Origin: a virus
IMG/VR virus record: IMGVR_UViG_3300021430_000595
Reading direction: 5' to 3' (one strand)
Length of the DNA: 64,000 nt
The notes under the pieces were generated by a model. It did no database searches. It saw nothing but the letters and a program-made list of their open reading frames with translations, and was not told the DNA's origin. This document shows, one piece after another, positions 10,329 to 20,479 of this stretch. The translations under genes were made by a program, and so were the position numbers. The first letter of the stretch is position 1. Each line of letters starts with the position of its first letter.

Positions 10329-11567
10329 ATGAGTAATAAATCAATCCTAGAACAAGCGTTACTTCAAGTACAAACACTTGAAGAAGCAGTGAAAGCAAAT
10401 GCAAAGGGTATACTTGCATCAACCATGAAGCAAGAACTAAATGATTTGCTAAAAGAATCTATGGAAGAAGAGGAAGAGGTTGACGAACAACCAATTCCTG
10501 ATGAAGAGACAACAGATGATGTACCGGCAGACGCTGGTGATGAAACAGGTCTTGATAATTCAGATATGGGAGATGATGAAGTATCATCTGACGATGACGA
10601 ACCGTCAAAAGATATCGATTCATTAGATTCAGACGAAAACCCAATGGATGACATGATGGGTAATGAAATGTCTGATGAAGATGATGAAGATGTTGTTGAC
10701 ATGACCGGTGCCGGTGAAGACGAAATTTTAAAAGTTTTCAAAGCAATGGGTCCAAATGATGGTGTTATCGTTAAGAAAGATGAAGAACACATCGAATTAT
10801 CTGATGGTGATGATGAGTATATCATCAAGTTAGACGAAGAAATGAATTCTGACGAAGATTTAGATGAAGAAATGGACGATGAGTCTATGGGTTCAGAAGA
10901 ATCAATGGAAGAAGGAATGATGTCTGATGAAGAAACAGAAGAAACTGTTTACGAAATTGAACTTGATGCTGATGAAGAATACGTAAGTGAAGATTGGAAC
11001 GAAGGAGAGTCACACGATGGTGAAGGTCATGAAGATGACATGAACGAAGGTGATGACGATTCTGAGGAAGAAACTCACGAAAGCGATGTTGAAGAATCTG
11101 CTCGTACCATGGGTAACGGTTATCACGGAGGATTAAAATCTAAAAAGAAATTCTACGCTGGTAATAAAAGAGAAGAAATCAACGAAGAAGTTAGTAAACT
11201 TAAAAAACAAAACGATGAATACAAGAAAGCTCTTGTACTATTCAAAGAAAAGTTAAATGAGGTTGCAGTATTCAACGCTAACTTAGCATACGCTACACGT
11301 ATATTCACAGAACACTCAACTACCAAACAAGAGAAGTTGAACATACTTAAAAGATTCGATTCAATCTCAACCTTGAAAGAATCTAAAAATCTTTACAGTG
11401 TTATTAAATCTGAATTAGAAACTAAAACACCTGTAACAGAATCAGTGGTTGAAAAAATAACTACAGCACCAACGTCTTCATCTTCAGGAAAAGTATTGTC
11501 GGAATCAAAAGCATACGAAAATCCACAATTCAAGAGAATGAAAGATTTGATGTCAAAGTTAAAATAA
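10329..11567 (+). CDS. Prohead core scaffold protein (gp22-like)
   Basis: Highly acidic with a coiled-coil C-terminus; lies between protease and capsid. Confidence 0.8.
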   Translation: MSNKSILEQALLQVQTLEEAVKANAKGILASTMKQELNDLLKESMEEEEEVDEQPIPDEETTDDVPADAGDETGLDNSDMGDDEVSSDDDEPSKDIDSLDSDENPMDDMMGNEMSDEDDEDVVDMTGAGEDEILKVFKAMGPNDGVIVKKDEEHIELSDGDDEYIIKLDEEMNSDEDLDEEMDDESMGSEESMEEGMMSDEETEETVYEIELDADEEYVSEDWNEGESHDGEGHEDDMNEGDDDSEEETHESDVEESARTMGNGYHGGLKSKKKFYAGNKREEINEEVSKLKKQNDEYKKALVLFKEKLNEVAVFNANLAYATRIFTEHSTTKQEKLNILKRFDSISTLKESKNLYSVIKSELETKTPVTESVVEKITTAPTSSSSGKVLSESKAYENPQFKRMKDLMSKLK

Positions 11568-11607
11568 AAATAAAAAATAAACTTAAAAAACCAAAAAATA
11601 CAAAAAA

Positions 11608-13338
11608 ATGGGAGCATTATTAGAATCAGGTATGGTTGGTAACATCGGTCTTAAGCACCTTCGCGTTATCAAAGAAGATACCATTAAAAAATGGGATGAC
11701 TTAGGATTCCTAGAGGGTCTTAACGGTCACCAAAAAGACAACATCGCACAATTGTATGAAAACCAAGCTTCATACCTAATCAACGAAGCGGCAGTAGCAG
11801 ATGCTTCAGGTTCATTCGAAACTGTAGTATTCCCTATCATCCGTCGTGTTTTCTCTAAATTGTTAGCGAATGACATCGTATCAGTACAAGCAATGAACTT
11901 ACCAATCGGTAAATTGTTCTACTTCGTACCTAAAATCCAAGAAAGAACAGCAGGTAACGGACACTATCAACCATATGGTTTCCCTAGCAGCTTAACTGAC
12001 CCTAACACTGGTTATACAGGTAACAACTTATATGACCGTTTCTATGAGGGTAGTGATGCTAACGACCAAGGTTTGTTCGACTACTCAAAAGGTGCATTCA
12101 GTACCATTAGTGTAAACCCACATGCGTTTGTTACTTTCTCAGCTGGTTCAGCATCTACATCTGCGGCAGCATTGTCAGGAGCAAGTGTATCAAGTTTCAT
12201 TATCGCCGTATCAGGTTTCACAACTTATGATGGTGGTAGTAAACTTGCAGGTCCTAATGGTCACCCAATGGACACTGAAGAATTCTTAGCTTCATTAGGT
12301 GTAACTATCGCGGGTAACACAACTGCTAACAACGGTGCTAAAAACTTCAACGTAGTAACACAGAAGTATGGTAAGGGTATCGTTGAATACGGTAGTAAAT
12401 CTGCGGGTAGAACAGGTAACTACTTTAATGTATGTGACGCTGAAGGTGTTATCTACCTAAGTGTTGACGTAGAAACTTACACTAACACATCAGGTTACAC
12501 TGCAGCTGACTACTCAAGTAACGATTTAGCGTTAGCTAACATCACTGTTTCTTGGAGAGAGTACAGTTCATTAGAATTCGAAGAAGAAATCGGTGAGGTT
12601 TCATTCGACTTGGAATCAGTAACAGTTTCTGTAACTGAAAGAAAATTAAGAGCTAGCTGGTCTCCTGAATTAGCTCAAGACGTAAGTGCATTCCACAACA
12701 TCGACGCTGAAGCTGAGTTAACAGCATTGTTATCTGAGCAAATCGCAGCTGAGATTGACCGTGAAATCTTACGTGACCTTCGTAAAGGTGCAGCTTGGAC
12801 AGCTAAGTGGGACTATAACGAGTGGAAATACGGTAATGGTGGTTCATCATACGCTGGTTACACTCAAAAAGATTGGAACCAAACATTGGTTACCAAAATT
12901 AACCAAATCTCAGCTCAAATCCACAAAACTACTTTAAGAGGTGGTGCTAACTGGATTGTTGTATCTTCTGAGGTATCAGCAGTATTTGATGACTTGGAAT
13001 ACTTCCACGTATCAAACGCTCAACCTGAGCAAGACCAATACAACATGGGTATCGAGAAAATCGGTTCATTAGCAGGTCGTTACCAAGTTTACCGTGACCC
13101 TTATTTACCAGCAGGTAAAATCATCATCGGTCACAAAGGTAAATCATTGTTGGACGCTGGTTACATATACGCACCATACGTTCCATTACAATTAACACCT
13201 ACAATGTACAATCCATTTAACTTCACACCAATCAAAGGTATCATGACAAGATACGCTAAGAAAATGGTTAACAACCGTTACTTCGGTGTGATTAACGTAA
13301 ATGGTCTACAGACTTTCAGTCTTGACACATTGAGATAA
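11608..13338 (+). CDS. Major capsid protein (T4 gp23-like)
   Basis: VSVQAMNLPIG, RKLRASWSPELAQD, AGYIYAPYVPL, GIMTRYA; strongly biased codons. Confidence 0.97.
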   Translation: MGALLESGMVGNIGLKHLRVIKEDTIKKWDDLGFLEGLNGHQKDNIAQLYENQASYLINEAAVADASGSFETVVFPIIRRVFSKLLANDIVSVQAMNLPIGKLFYFVPKIQERTAGNGHYQPYGFPSSLTDPNTGYTGNNLYDRFYEGSDANDQGLFDYSKGAFSTISVNPHAFVTFSAGSASTSAAALSGASVSSFIIAVSGFTTYDGGSKLAGPNGHPMDTEEFLASLGVTIAGNTTANNGAKNFNVVTQKYGKGIVEYGSKSAGRTGNYFNVCDAEGVIYLSVDVETYTNTSGYTAADYSSNDLALANITVSWREYSSLEFEEEIGEVSFDLESVTVSVTERKLRASWSPELAQDVSAFHNIDAEAELTALLSEQIAAEIDREILRDLRKGAAWTAKWDYNEWKYGNGGSSYAGYTQKDWNQTLVTKINQISAQIHKTTLRGGANWIVVSSEVSAVFDDLEYFHVSNAQPEQDQYNMGIEKIGSLAGRYQVYRDPYLPAGKIIIGHKGKSLLDAGYIYAPYVPLQLTPTMYNPFNFTPIKGIMTRYAKKMVNNRYFGVINVNGLQTFSLDTLR

Positions 13339-13359
13339 TCATTAAACATCTCGAAATAG

Positions 13360-13390
13360 AAAGGGGGGACAATGTCCCTCCTTTTTTTTT
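13360..13390 (+). terminator. Rho-independent terminator after the capsid gene
   Basis: aaggggggac-aat-gtccctcctt stem followed by a T run. Confidence 0.85.
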
Positions 13391-13418
13391 GTATAAAAAA
13401 GAAAATTGTTTATATTTG
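13388..13418 (+). promoter_or_regulatory. Bacteroidota housekeeping-sigma promoter (-33 TTTG / -7 TAnnTTTG)
   Basis: TTTG 13388-13391, 19-nt spacer, TATATTTG 13411-13418; ATG 4 nt later. Confidence 0.75.
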
Positions 13419-13422
13419 CGTT

Positions 13423-13713
13423 ATGAAAAATTATAAATTAGAGAAGTTACAGAATGGTGAAACATTCGTGACAAGTGAGAAAGGTAATTCAATGATACCA
13501 CTAATTAAGTCGGGTCAAGAGCACAAATTAGAACCATGTGATTGGGTTAACACACAACCCGGTGATATTGTTTATTGTAAAGTTAAAGGTAATTATTATA
13601 CACATTTAGTTATATCAAAAAACAATGACCGAGGTTGTTTAATTGGTAATAATCGTGGTGGTATTAATGGTTGGACAAAACAAATATACGGTAAAGTAAT
13701 TGAAGTTCTATAA
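13423..13713 (+). CDS. S24/S26-like peptidase domain protein
   Basis: KGNSMIPLIKSG (catalytic Ser motif), GDIVYC, and YTHLV (His at the base position). Confidence 0.6.
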   Translation: MKNYKLEKLQNGETFVTSEKGNSMIPLIKSGQEHKLEPCDWVNTQPGDIVYCKVKGNYYTHLVISKNNDRGCLIGNNRGGINGWTKQIYGKVIEVL

Positions 13714-13714
13714 T

Positions 13715-14068
13715 ATGGGTAAATTATCAAAAAAACAAATTGACAAGACACTGAAGTCTGATGAACCAATCGAGTATGATAAATTAAGGTTGGATGTTTT
13801 AAAAAGTTTGGTTGAAAGTAGAAATATCGATTGTAAACCAACAAAAGAAGTTATGGTTAAAACATTAATCATGGACGATGAGGGGAAATATATAAGACCA
13901 ATAGAGTATCAAAAACAAAGTGATAATAAGTTTATGGTTGGGATTGATATTAGAGACTCCGATAACTGTAGAGAGATGGGAAAATTAGTGGAAAAAGGAA
14001 TTGCACATAGAATGAACCTTTACAGTAACGACAGAGTTTATTATATTTCAAGTCAAAAACTATCATGA
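13715..14068 (+). CDS. Hypothetical protein
   Basis: ATG at 13715, coupled to neighbours. Confidence 0.55.
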   Translation: MGKLSKKQIDKTLKSDEPIEYDKLRLDVLKSLVESRNIDCKPTKEVMVKTLIMDDEGKYIRPIEYQKQSDNKFMVGIDIRDSDNCREMGKLVEKGIAHRMNLYSNDRVYYISSQKLS

Positions 14069-14505
14069 ACTGGACCGAATACTTTTTAAACATTGCGGAA
14101 AACGTAAAAATCAAATCTAAAGACCAATCAACACAGATTGGTGCTGTTATAGTGGGTGAGGATAATGAAGTGTTATCTACGGGTTATAACTCATTCCCAA
14201 GAGGATTGGATGACACTAAACAAGAACGTCAAGAAAGACCCGAAAAATACTTTTGGTTTGAACACGCTGAAAGAAATGCAATATATAACGCCGCAAGGGT
14301 TGGAACACCTTTAAAAAATGCATCAATTTACATCACATCGGGAGTTCCTTGTATGGATTGTGCGAGAGGTATTGTAAATGCCGGTATTAAGAAAGTTTAT
14401 TGTAAAACTGTCTGTACAACAACTAATAAAGAAAAATGGGAAGAGTCCCAAAAAAGGAGTATCGAACTATTAAATGAGTGTGGTGTTGAGGTTATTTATT
14501 ACTAA
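14065..14505 (+). CDS. dCMP deaminase
   Basis: HAERNAI and PCMDC zinc motifs, TGYNSFP. Confidence 0.92.
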   Translation: MNWTEYFLNIAENVKIKSKDQSTQIGAVIVGEDNEVLSTGYNSFPRGLDDTKQERQERPEKYFWFEHAERNAIYNAARVGTPLKNASIYITSGVPCMDCARGIVNAGIKKVYCKTVCTTTNKEKWEESQKRSIELLNECGVEVIYY

Positions 14506-14773
14506 GTTTTTTAACTTTAACCATTAAGTCTCCACTTCCTTTTATAATTCTGTGATAAACACCTTCAGGTATGTGAATGGGGGTGTTTTTTTTTATCTTT
14601 ACAGGTAATTCATCATCCATTTGAAACAACCAATCGGTTTCATATTCACACACAACAATACGGTCTTCTTCATCGAAATGCCACTTTAATTCCATTTCGG
14701 ATAAGTCTGAAGAAAATGTTCTGACGTAAAACCCGTCTTTTAATTGTTCTATAAATGGTAATTCTTTTACCAT
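14492..14773 (-). CDS. Cupin-fold protein
   Basis: WHFDEEDR ... IPEGVYHRIIKG. Confidence 0.7.
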   Translation of the reverse strand: MVKELPFIEQLKDGFYVRTFSSDLSEMELKWHFDEEDRIVVCEYETDWLFQMDDELPVKIKKNTPIHIPEGVYHRIIKGSGDLMVKVKKLSNK

Positions 14774-16308
14774 GGATTAGATGATTTTATTCCTAAAGCC
14801 TTACGATATCTAGAAATGTTACATGACCAATATCCTGCGGTTGTTCTATCTTTCTTTTGGTCACACTTGTGACGAGCTCTGAATGATTTTGCTGCCTTTT
14901 TATTACTACTTCTAATTTTTAAGTTAGGGTCACCAAAAGTCACTTTAACAATATTACCACTTTTATTTTTAACGTATACTGCGAATTTTTTAGGTCCACC
15001 CGGTGTTCTAAATGGTTTATTTAGTTTTACGTTTCTACCTCTGTGTTTCGCCTCAACAAGATATTCTTCTTCTCCGAGTATGAATGGTATATCTAAATAA
15101 ACTTCTTCACCTTCGTAAATTCCTGTTTTACCAATATCGGTCATTAGTAATTCATAGTCCTCACCATATACCTCTATATACCCTTTTTTCAACAATTCTC
15201 TAGACTCATTAAATAGGTTAAAGAATTTCTCAGAATATACTCGATAAACATTCTCAATTAACGGTTTTTCTTTAGTTATATGGAAGTTTAAACCTTCACT
15301 AATGATAACCTTTGATTCGGACAATGTCGTCAATCTCGGTGGGTTATATGAGTCAATAACCTCATCAATATCTAATGTAATTATATTATTTTCATTCATA
15401 GTGTGACTCATACCCATGTAACCGTTTTTCATATAGTATTTGTTATATGTTTCCATGATTTTCTCATAATCCTCACCCAATCCATTTTCATTCATTAAAT
15501 TCTTAAACCAACTTAATGTGTGTTCATCATTTAAATCATTATAAACGGCACCATTGTTTAAATCATCAAACATGTGTCTGTATATTGCAAATTTACCCGA
15601 TTTTAATTTTTCTCTATAATTAGAATTTCTAATAATAATGTAAACTAATAAACCTGATTCAATATGTTCGATAAAGTCTTCATCATCGTGTCTTTTTGTT
15701 GTACACCATTTAGTGTTTGCACCATATTTACACGATGCGTTGTGTGTAAATGGAACAACCATTAAGAAATCGGGTGTTTGTAAAATCTTGTTATACTCAT
15801 TTGGTGAAACATCAAATGCTTCACTAATTGATTTTACATTCTCATCGTATCTAGTAAATGTGGGTTTATTACCTTTACCGGGTTTTGGGTCTTTCTTTTC
15901 TGCTCTTCTTTTCTGTGATGTCATTGATTTCTTCTCTTTTTTACTATATGAAGAAGCCAATTTTGGTGTATCTTTTGAAACCTTTTTTAATGGTCTACAT
16001 TTTGGATAACCTTTTCTACCTTTCTCACCATCCGCAGATTTTCTACCGCAAGGGGGATGTTTACCGTCAATCTTTCTTGACACGTCAACCCATTTTTCTT
16101 TAAACCACCTACCCAAATCTTCGGTAAGTACTTCACCACTTTCAATGGATTCTTTTACATATTGAAAATCCTCTTCACTAATGTGGATTTTAGTTGTGTA
16201 GTCTTCAGTGTTGTCGTTACCACACTTGTGGCACACATATGGGTCATTACCCCCTTCTGAGAGTTTCCAATTCCACCCACATTCATGACAAGTAATTTTT
16301 TTATCCAT
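14767..16308 (-). CDS. Multi-module hypothetical protein (Zn ribbon plus several small basic domains)
   Basis: CHECG..CHKCG; LGRWFKEKWVD..CGR..YPKCRP; ASCKYGANTKWCT; KVTFGDP..SFRARHKC..AGYWSC. Confidence 0.7.
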   Translation of the reverse strand: MDKKITCHECGWNWKLSEGGNDPYVCHKCGNDNTEDYTTKIHISEEDFQYVKESIESGEVLTEDLGRWFKEKWVDVSRKIDGKHPPCGRKSADGEKGRKGYPKCRPLKKVSKDTPKLASSYSKKEKKSMTSQKRRAEKKDPKPGKGNKPTFTRYDENVKSISEAFDVSPNEYNKILQTPDFLMVVPFTHNASCKYGANTKWCTTKRHDDEDFIEHIESGLLVYIIIRNSNYREKLKSGKFAIYRHMFDDLNNGAVYNDLNDEHTLSWFKNLMNENGLGEDYEKIMETYNKYYMKNGYMGMSHTMNENNIITLDIDEVIDSYNPPRLTTLSESKVIISEGLNFHITKEKPLIENVYRVYSEKFFNLFNESRELLKKGYIEVYGEDYELLMTDIGKTGIYEGEEVYLDIPFILGEEEYLVEAKHRGRNVKLNKPFRTPGGPKKFAVYVKNKSGNIVKVTFGDPNLKIRSSNKKAAKSFRARHKCDQKKDRTTAGYWSCNISRYRKALGIKSSNPW

Positions 16309-16310
16309 TA

Positions 16311-16796
16311 TTAATAAATATTTGGTTTTATTAGTTTTAAAAATTCAACCCAAACATCTTGTGAGCTTTCATTTCTACCAATATTAGCACTATAACAACT
16401 TAATACAACATTACCTTTAATATAACCAAAGTTAATATCTAAACGGTCTAATGACGGTTGTTGGGGGTGTTTTTTAATTTCGGAAGGTATTAAATCGACA
16501 CCGAACCAATAACATTTACCGTTTTGTTTTTTAAATAAATAATTTATATAATCAACATCAATATCTATTTCATGATTTCTATATTTACAATCGTGTAATA
16601 GTGTATTTTGCCACAATCTAATTCTTCTTTCTTTTTGTTTAGTTGATTCTTCTTTGCGAAATTCAGGACTTTCTCTTTTTTTCCTTTTGTATTCTCTCGT
16701 AACAATTAAATGACAATTTTTACATGTTGAACTTCTTTTTGGATTATAAAAATCGATGTCATCTTTAATTATGTTACATTTATTACATTTTTTCAT
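16311..16796 (-). CDS. HNH-type homing endonuclease
   Basis: N-terminal CxxC pairs, CYWFG, PSLDRLD..GYIKGNVVLSCYSANIGRN. Confidence 0.8.
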   Translation of the reverse strand: MKKCNKCNIIKDDIDFYNPKRSSTCKNCHLIVTREYKRKKRESPEFRKEESTKQKERRIRLWQNTLLHDCKYRNHEIDIDVDYINYLFKKQNGKCYWFGVDLIPSEIKKHPQQPSLDRLDINFGYIKGNVVLSCYSANIGRNESSQDVWVEFLKLIKPNIY

Positions 16797-16849
16797 AAAA
16801 TATGTTTATCCATTTATAAATATGTGGATAAACATAGAAAATTGGTAAA

Positions 16850-17275
16850 TTAAATTTTTTTCCATTTACCTCCCTTTGATTTGTATCTTTTAGCTGCCGC
16901 ACCATTACAATACGCACTTGGACAAACTTTATATTTAGATTTAGCCCATGATAAACATGATGCCCAAAGTTTTGGATTTGTTGGTTTATTTTTAGACTCG
17001 TCAATTTGATTTTCCTCATTTAATGAATCTTTAGTTGTGTTCATTAAAAAGTCAAATACTTGGTCCATATTCTCTTTCGCAACTGTGATATGGTCATCAG
17101 CCCAATCATGACCATTTTGTAATATTTCCTCAACAACCATAGGGTCTAATTCTAACAGAAGTTGACATTGTCTATGTATTTGTTTTAGATTACTGAAGAA
17201 CATGTAGTTCTCAGTTTTTTCCTCACTTTTGTAAGGTGCTAATTGTTGTTTTATAATTCCTTCTAAATTGTCCAT
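16850..17275 (-). CDS. Hypothetical protein with C-terminal PSAYxNG..YKxKGGKW module
   Basis: 141-aa ORF with TATTTAT 4 nt upstream. Confidence 0.65.
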   Translation of the reverse strand: MDNLEGIIKQQLAPYKSEEKTENYMFFSNLKQIHRQCQLLLELDPMVVEEILQNGHDWADDHITVAKENMDQVFDFLMNTTKDSLNEENQIDESKNKPTNPKLWASCLSWAKSKYKVCPSAYCNGAAAKRYKSKGGKWKKI

Positions 17276-17289
17276 AATGATAAATATTT

Positions 17290-18666
17290 TTATTTTTCTG
17301 ATAGTATTTCAAACTTCACGTAGTTATCATAGAATATCTCTTCCGTGTAAGTTTTGGCTTTAAATTCCATGTAATATTCCCTTGGAATCATATATGAGGT
17401 ATCCAAGAAGAAAGAGTTCTCATTTGTGACATCAGTTTTTGTCCAATCATATATAACAACATTGGTGTTACCTTCTTTAATGAATATTCTGTAATAAACT
17501 TCATCAAATAGAATTGTTCTAGATTGTTCAATTGACTTTAGATTTAATACTACTTTTTTTAATTCTCCTCTGATTATTTTCTCATTTTGTTTAATACCGG
17601 AGAATTGTATTTTGTATGATTGCGTTTCTGTTGGATTTTCACCGACTGTATACCCAAAAGTATATGGTTTAGGAACGAATTTTTGGGTAACATCCGCAAT
17701 AGATACCCCATCTAAACTTAAATTTTTCCATTTATCATAAAAGAATCTTTTACCATCACAAAGTTGTCCGGTAATACCAAATGATACCTTATAAACACCT
17801 TTCCTAATCTTTGTAGTTGTAAGACCCGTTAAACCCGAAATAGAAACACTACTTGAGTTTAAAATGTCAACTGTAGGGTTAGTGTCTAAATCATAGAAAT
17901 TAGTCCCTTTGGTAACATACAAGTAAAGGTTATTTGTTCTTTCCGCAATAAAATTCTGTCTATTATCTTCTATGGTATCATCAAATATCGTCTCCACAAA
18001 TGGTTCAAAGAATGTTTGGGTGTATTTTGTGAAAAAAGATACTGATTGTTCGGTATCTAAATTATCAATTGTCTCATATTGATTATCAAACTTAATACCC
18101 AAACCATTATCGGTATTACCTGAAAGAATTATTCCATTAACATAATTGGTAATGTCTAAGTTAATATTCTCATTACCATTGGTAAAATGGATAGTGTTAA
18201 TAACTGTTGAACCTGTTGAATATATACCCTGAGTTGTCCAACCACTTAATGTTGTTTTATTAAACCAATTCGATGGTCTATTATCAAAAACCTTGTTACC
18301 TAAACTATCATCATAGTTAACAAATTCATAGTCAAAACCAACACCTTCATCCCAAGATTCATCTATTTTGAAAACAACCAAATCAAAAGAAGTTGCTCTT
18401 TGTCTACCGGTGGCTCTATCATCACCAATTAATTTGGGGTCACCAATAACAGTATTTGTCATTTTTAAATAATGACGGGTATTTGCGTTGATTACTAAGT
18501 CACCGTTATTTACCTTATTTTGTAAATCAGTGAAATCCACTTTAAAAATAAATCTAGAAAGTCCTAATCCGTAATAAATCTCTGTTGTTGGATTTTTTGC
18601 GGTATTGACATTACTATCTTTTATTATAGTGTTATTTTTTGAGAAATATGAACGATAATATGACAT
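17290..18666 (-). CDS. Putative virion structural protein
   Basis: Beta-rich, Thr/Asn/Gly-rich (WDEGVGFDY); late motif upstream. Confidence 0.55.
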   Translation of the reverse strand: MSYYRSYFSKNNTIIKDSNVNTAKNPTTEIYYGLGLSRFIFKVDFTDLQNKVNNGDLVINANTRHYLKMTNTVIGDPKLIGDDRATGRQRATSFDLVVFKIDESWDEGVGFDYEFVNYDDSLGNKVFDNRPSNWFNKTTLSGWTTQGIYSTGSTVINTIHFTNGNENINLDITNYVNGIILSGNTDNGLGIKFDNQYETIDNLDTEQSVSFFTKYTQTFFEPFVETIFDDTIEDNRQNFIAERTNNLYLYVTKGTNFYDLDTNPTVDILNSSSVSISGLTGLTTTKIRKGVYKVSFGITGQLCDGKRFFYDKWKNLSLDGVSIADVTQKFVPKPYTFGYTVGENPTETQSYKIQFSGIKQNEKIIRGELKKVVLNLKSIEQSRTILFDEVYYRIFIKEGNTNVVIYDWTKTDVTNENSFFLDTSYMIPREYYMEFKAKTYTEEIFYDNYVKFEILSEK

Positions 18667-18691
18667 TGGCTTTTATCTAATAAATATCTTT

Positions 18692-20281
18692 TTAGTTCAA
18701 TTTAATAGAAGTATTTATTAAATCTTGTCTTAACTTGTTGTATAGTCGTTCCATTTCGGTATGTGCATCATAATCACCCTTCACATACGGTTTATTTATA
18801 TTGTGTACGTGAGTTGTGAGAACTTTATATACCGCATCGATAAATTCTAGTAGTATTTCACCTCTAACAAATGAATAAGTATTGGGGTCAATTTTTTCAA
18901 TATAATCCTCTTGTGTATATTCGTAAGTGTTTAAATTAGAAAAATCAACTGTCTTGTCTGTGAAATTAGTATCAGTTGAAAGTAAGTATAGTTTGTCCGC
19001 TGTTATGTTTGCAAAAGTTTGTTCCTTAACCGTGGTATCTGTTTTTAACACCTGTTTGGTTTTTTCAATATTTCTTTCAGGTGGTGATATTTTATCGGTA
19101 CTAAAAACCAACCCTGAACCTGAAGTTGTACTTGAAGTCAAATAAATCTTTGAAAAAATTAATGTTCTATTTTGAAATTCCGTACTTGAGGATGTTACCC
19201 TATTTTTAAATTCAAATGTTGGTCTAAAATAAAATGGGTGTATTTCAATTAATTCATTTGGGTTAAATGTACCTACATTAGTTACTATTAGATTAGTTAA
19301 TATTTTAAATGGTAAAATACCGTTAAACCCCTTTTTATGAACATCTTTTAAATTGTTTCGTATTGAAAGGTATGTTTGATAAATTTTGTTGTTCAATGTT
19401 GAGCCGGTAAATCCATCAACTTCATTTAAATCTATTCTATATGTGTACGTATTACCCGATTCAGTTAAAAATACCGTTTCTCCCTGTAACATTTCTGTAG
19501 ATTCTGTAAAGTTGTTTGAATCGTATTTTGGTACTGAAAAATTTGGTGAAATTTGATAAACATAAAAATTACAGTATCTTGGGTTACTTAAATCATCAAC
19601 ATCATATTCAATAATAAATTTAAGTCTTTTACTTTCAACTACACGTTGTGTTTCAACTTCCTCAACTAAAAACTTCTTTTCTGCGAATTTTTTTAAATGA
19701 AGTTTCGCAGCCTTTTTTGACATTAACGGGAAACCCTTAGCAATTAATTCTCGTTCAGAAGTACTTGCTCTATTTTTAGATAATAATTTACCACCCCTCA
19801 AAACAACACCACCCTCGGTAAAAACCGCATCAGAACCGTATTTACCCGATATCGAATAATCTTTATATTTCGAAAGTGCATTTTTTGAGTTTTCTGGTAA
19901 TTCACCATTCTCATTTTTTATAATATCGTCTTTTGGTTTAACTGAAACACCATAAGACGTGTCCGCAATCTGTTCATTAAACGTCTGAGAATTAAAATCG
20001 AATCTAGTAGTAAACGGACCCGCGATGTATTCTTGGTTAACTGTTGTTTTTTCAGTGTCGTATCTGATTATTTTAACAGTTTGTTTTAATTCAGGTATGA
20101 AGTTTATATTGTTCGGTAAAAACGGTATTGCTAAAAATGGGTCATCTTTACTCCATTTTTCATAATTGTCTTTTATATTGGATTTACCCCCAACAAAATC
20201 ATCATAATCAATAACACGTATTCTACCCAAACCCTTTGGGTCGTTATTATCAATACAAACACCTAAATCAACTATTTTCAT
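18692..20281 (-). CDS. Baseplate central spike (gp5/VgrG OB-fold-like)
   Basis: N-terminal GVCIDNNDPKGLGRIRV and C-terminal THVH spike-tip motif. Confidence 0.75.
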   Translation of the reverse strand: MKIVDLGVCIDNNDPKGLGRIRVIDYDDFVGGKSNIKDNYEKWSKDDPFLAIPFLPNNINFIPELKQTVKIIRYDTEKTTVNQEYIAGPFTTRFDFNSQTFNEQIADTSYGVSVKPKDDIIKNENGELPENSKNALSKYKDYSISGKYGSDAVFTEGGVVLRGGKLLSKNRASTSERELIAKGFPLMSKKAAKLHLKKFAEKKFLVEEVETQRVVESKRLKFIIEYDVDDLSNPRYCNFYVYQISPNFSVPKYDSNNFTESTEMLQGETVFLTESGNTYTYRIDLNEVDGFTGSTLNNKIYQTYLSIRNNLKDVHKKGFNGILPFKILTNLIVTNVGTFNPNELIEIHPFYFRPTFEFKNRVTSSSTEFQNRTLIFSKIYLTSSTTSGSGLVFSTDKISPPERNIEKTKQVLKTDTTVKEQTFANITADKLYLLSTDTNFTDKTVDFSNLNTYEYTQEDYIEKIDPNTYSFVRGEILLEFIDAVYKVLTTHVHNINKPYVKGDYDAHTEMERLYNKLRQDLINTSIKLN

Positions 20282-20478
20282 TATAATTTTCTGTTTTCAA
20301 TTTCTTTCACAACCTTTTCGTATAACTCTTCAATCTTTTCAAGTTTATGAGTTAAATCAATAATTAACGTTTTTAACTCCTCATGTTGTTTATACAAAAA
20401 TTCTTCAGTTTCAAACAAATCTTTGTTTGATTTATGTTCTATGTTCTCTATTACATTTACAAATTTATCTTTGTCCAT
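20281..20478 (-). CDS. Small coiled-coil hypothetical protein
   Basis: ATG at 20478, coupled to flanking genes. Confidence 0.6.
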   Translation of the reverse strand: MDKDKFVNVIENIEHKSNKDLFETEEFLYKQHEELKTLIIDLTHKLEKIEELYEKVVKEIENRKL

Positions 20479-20479
20479 A

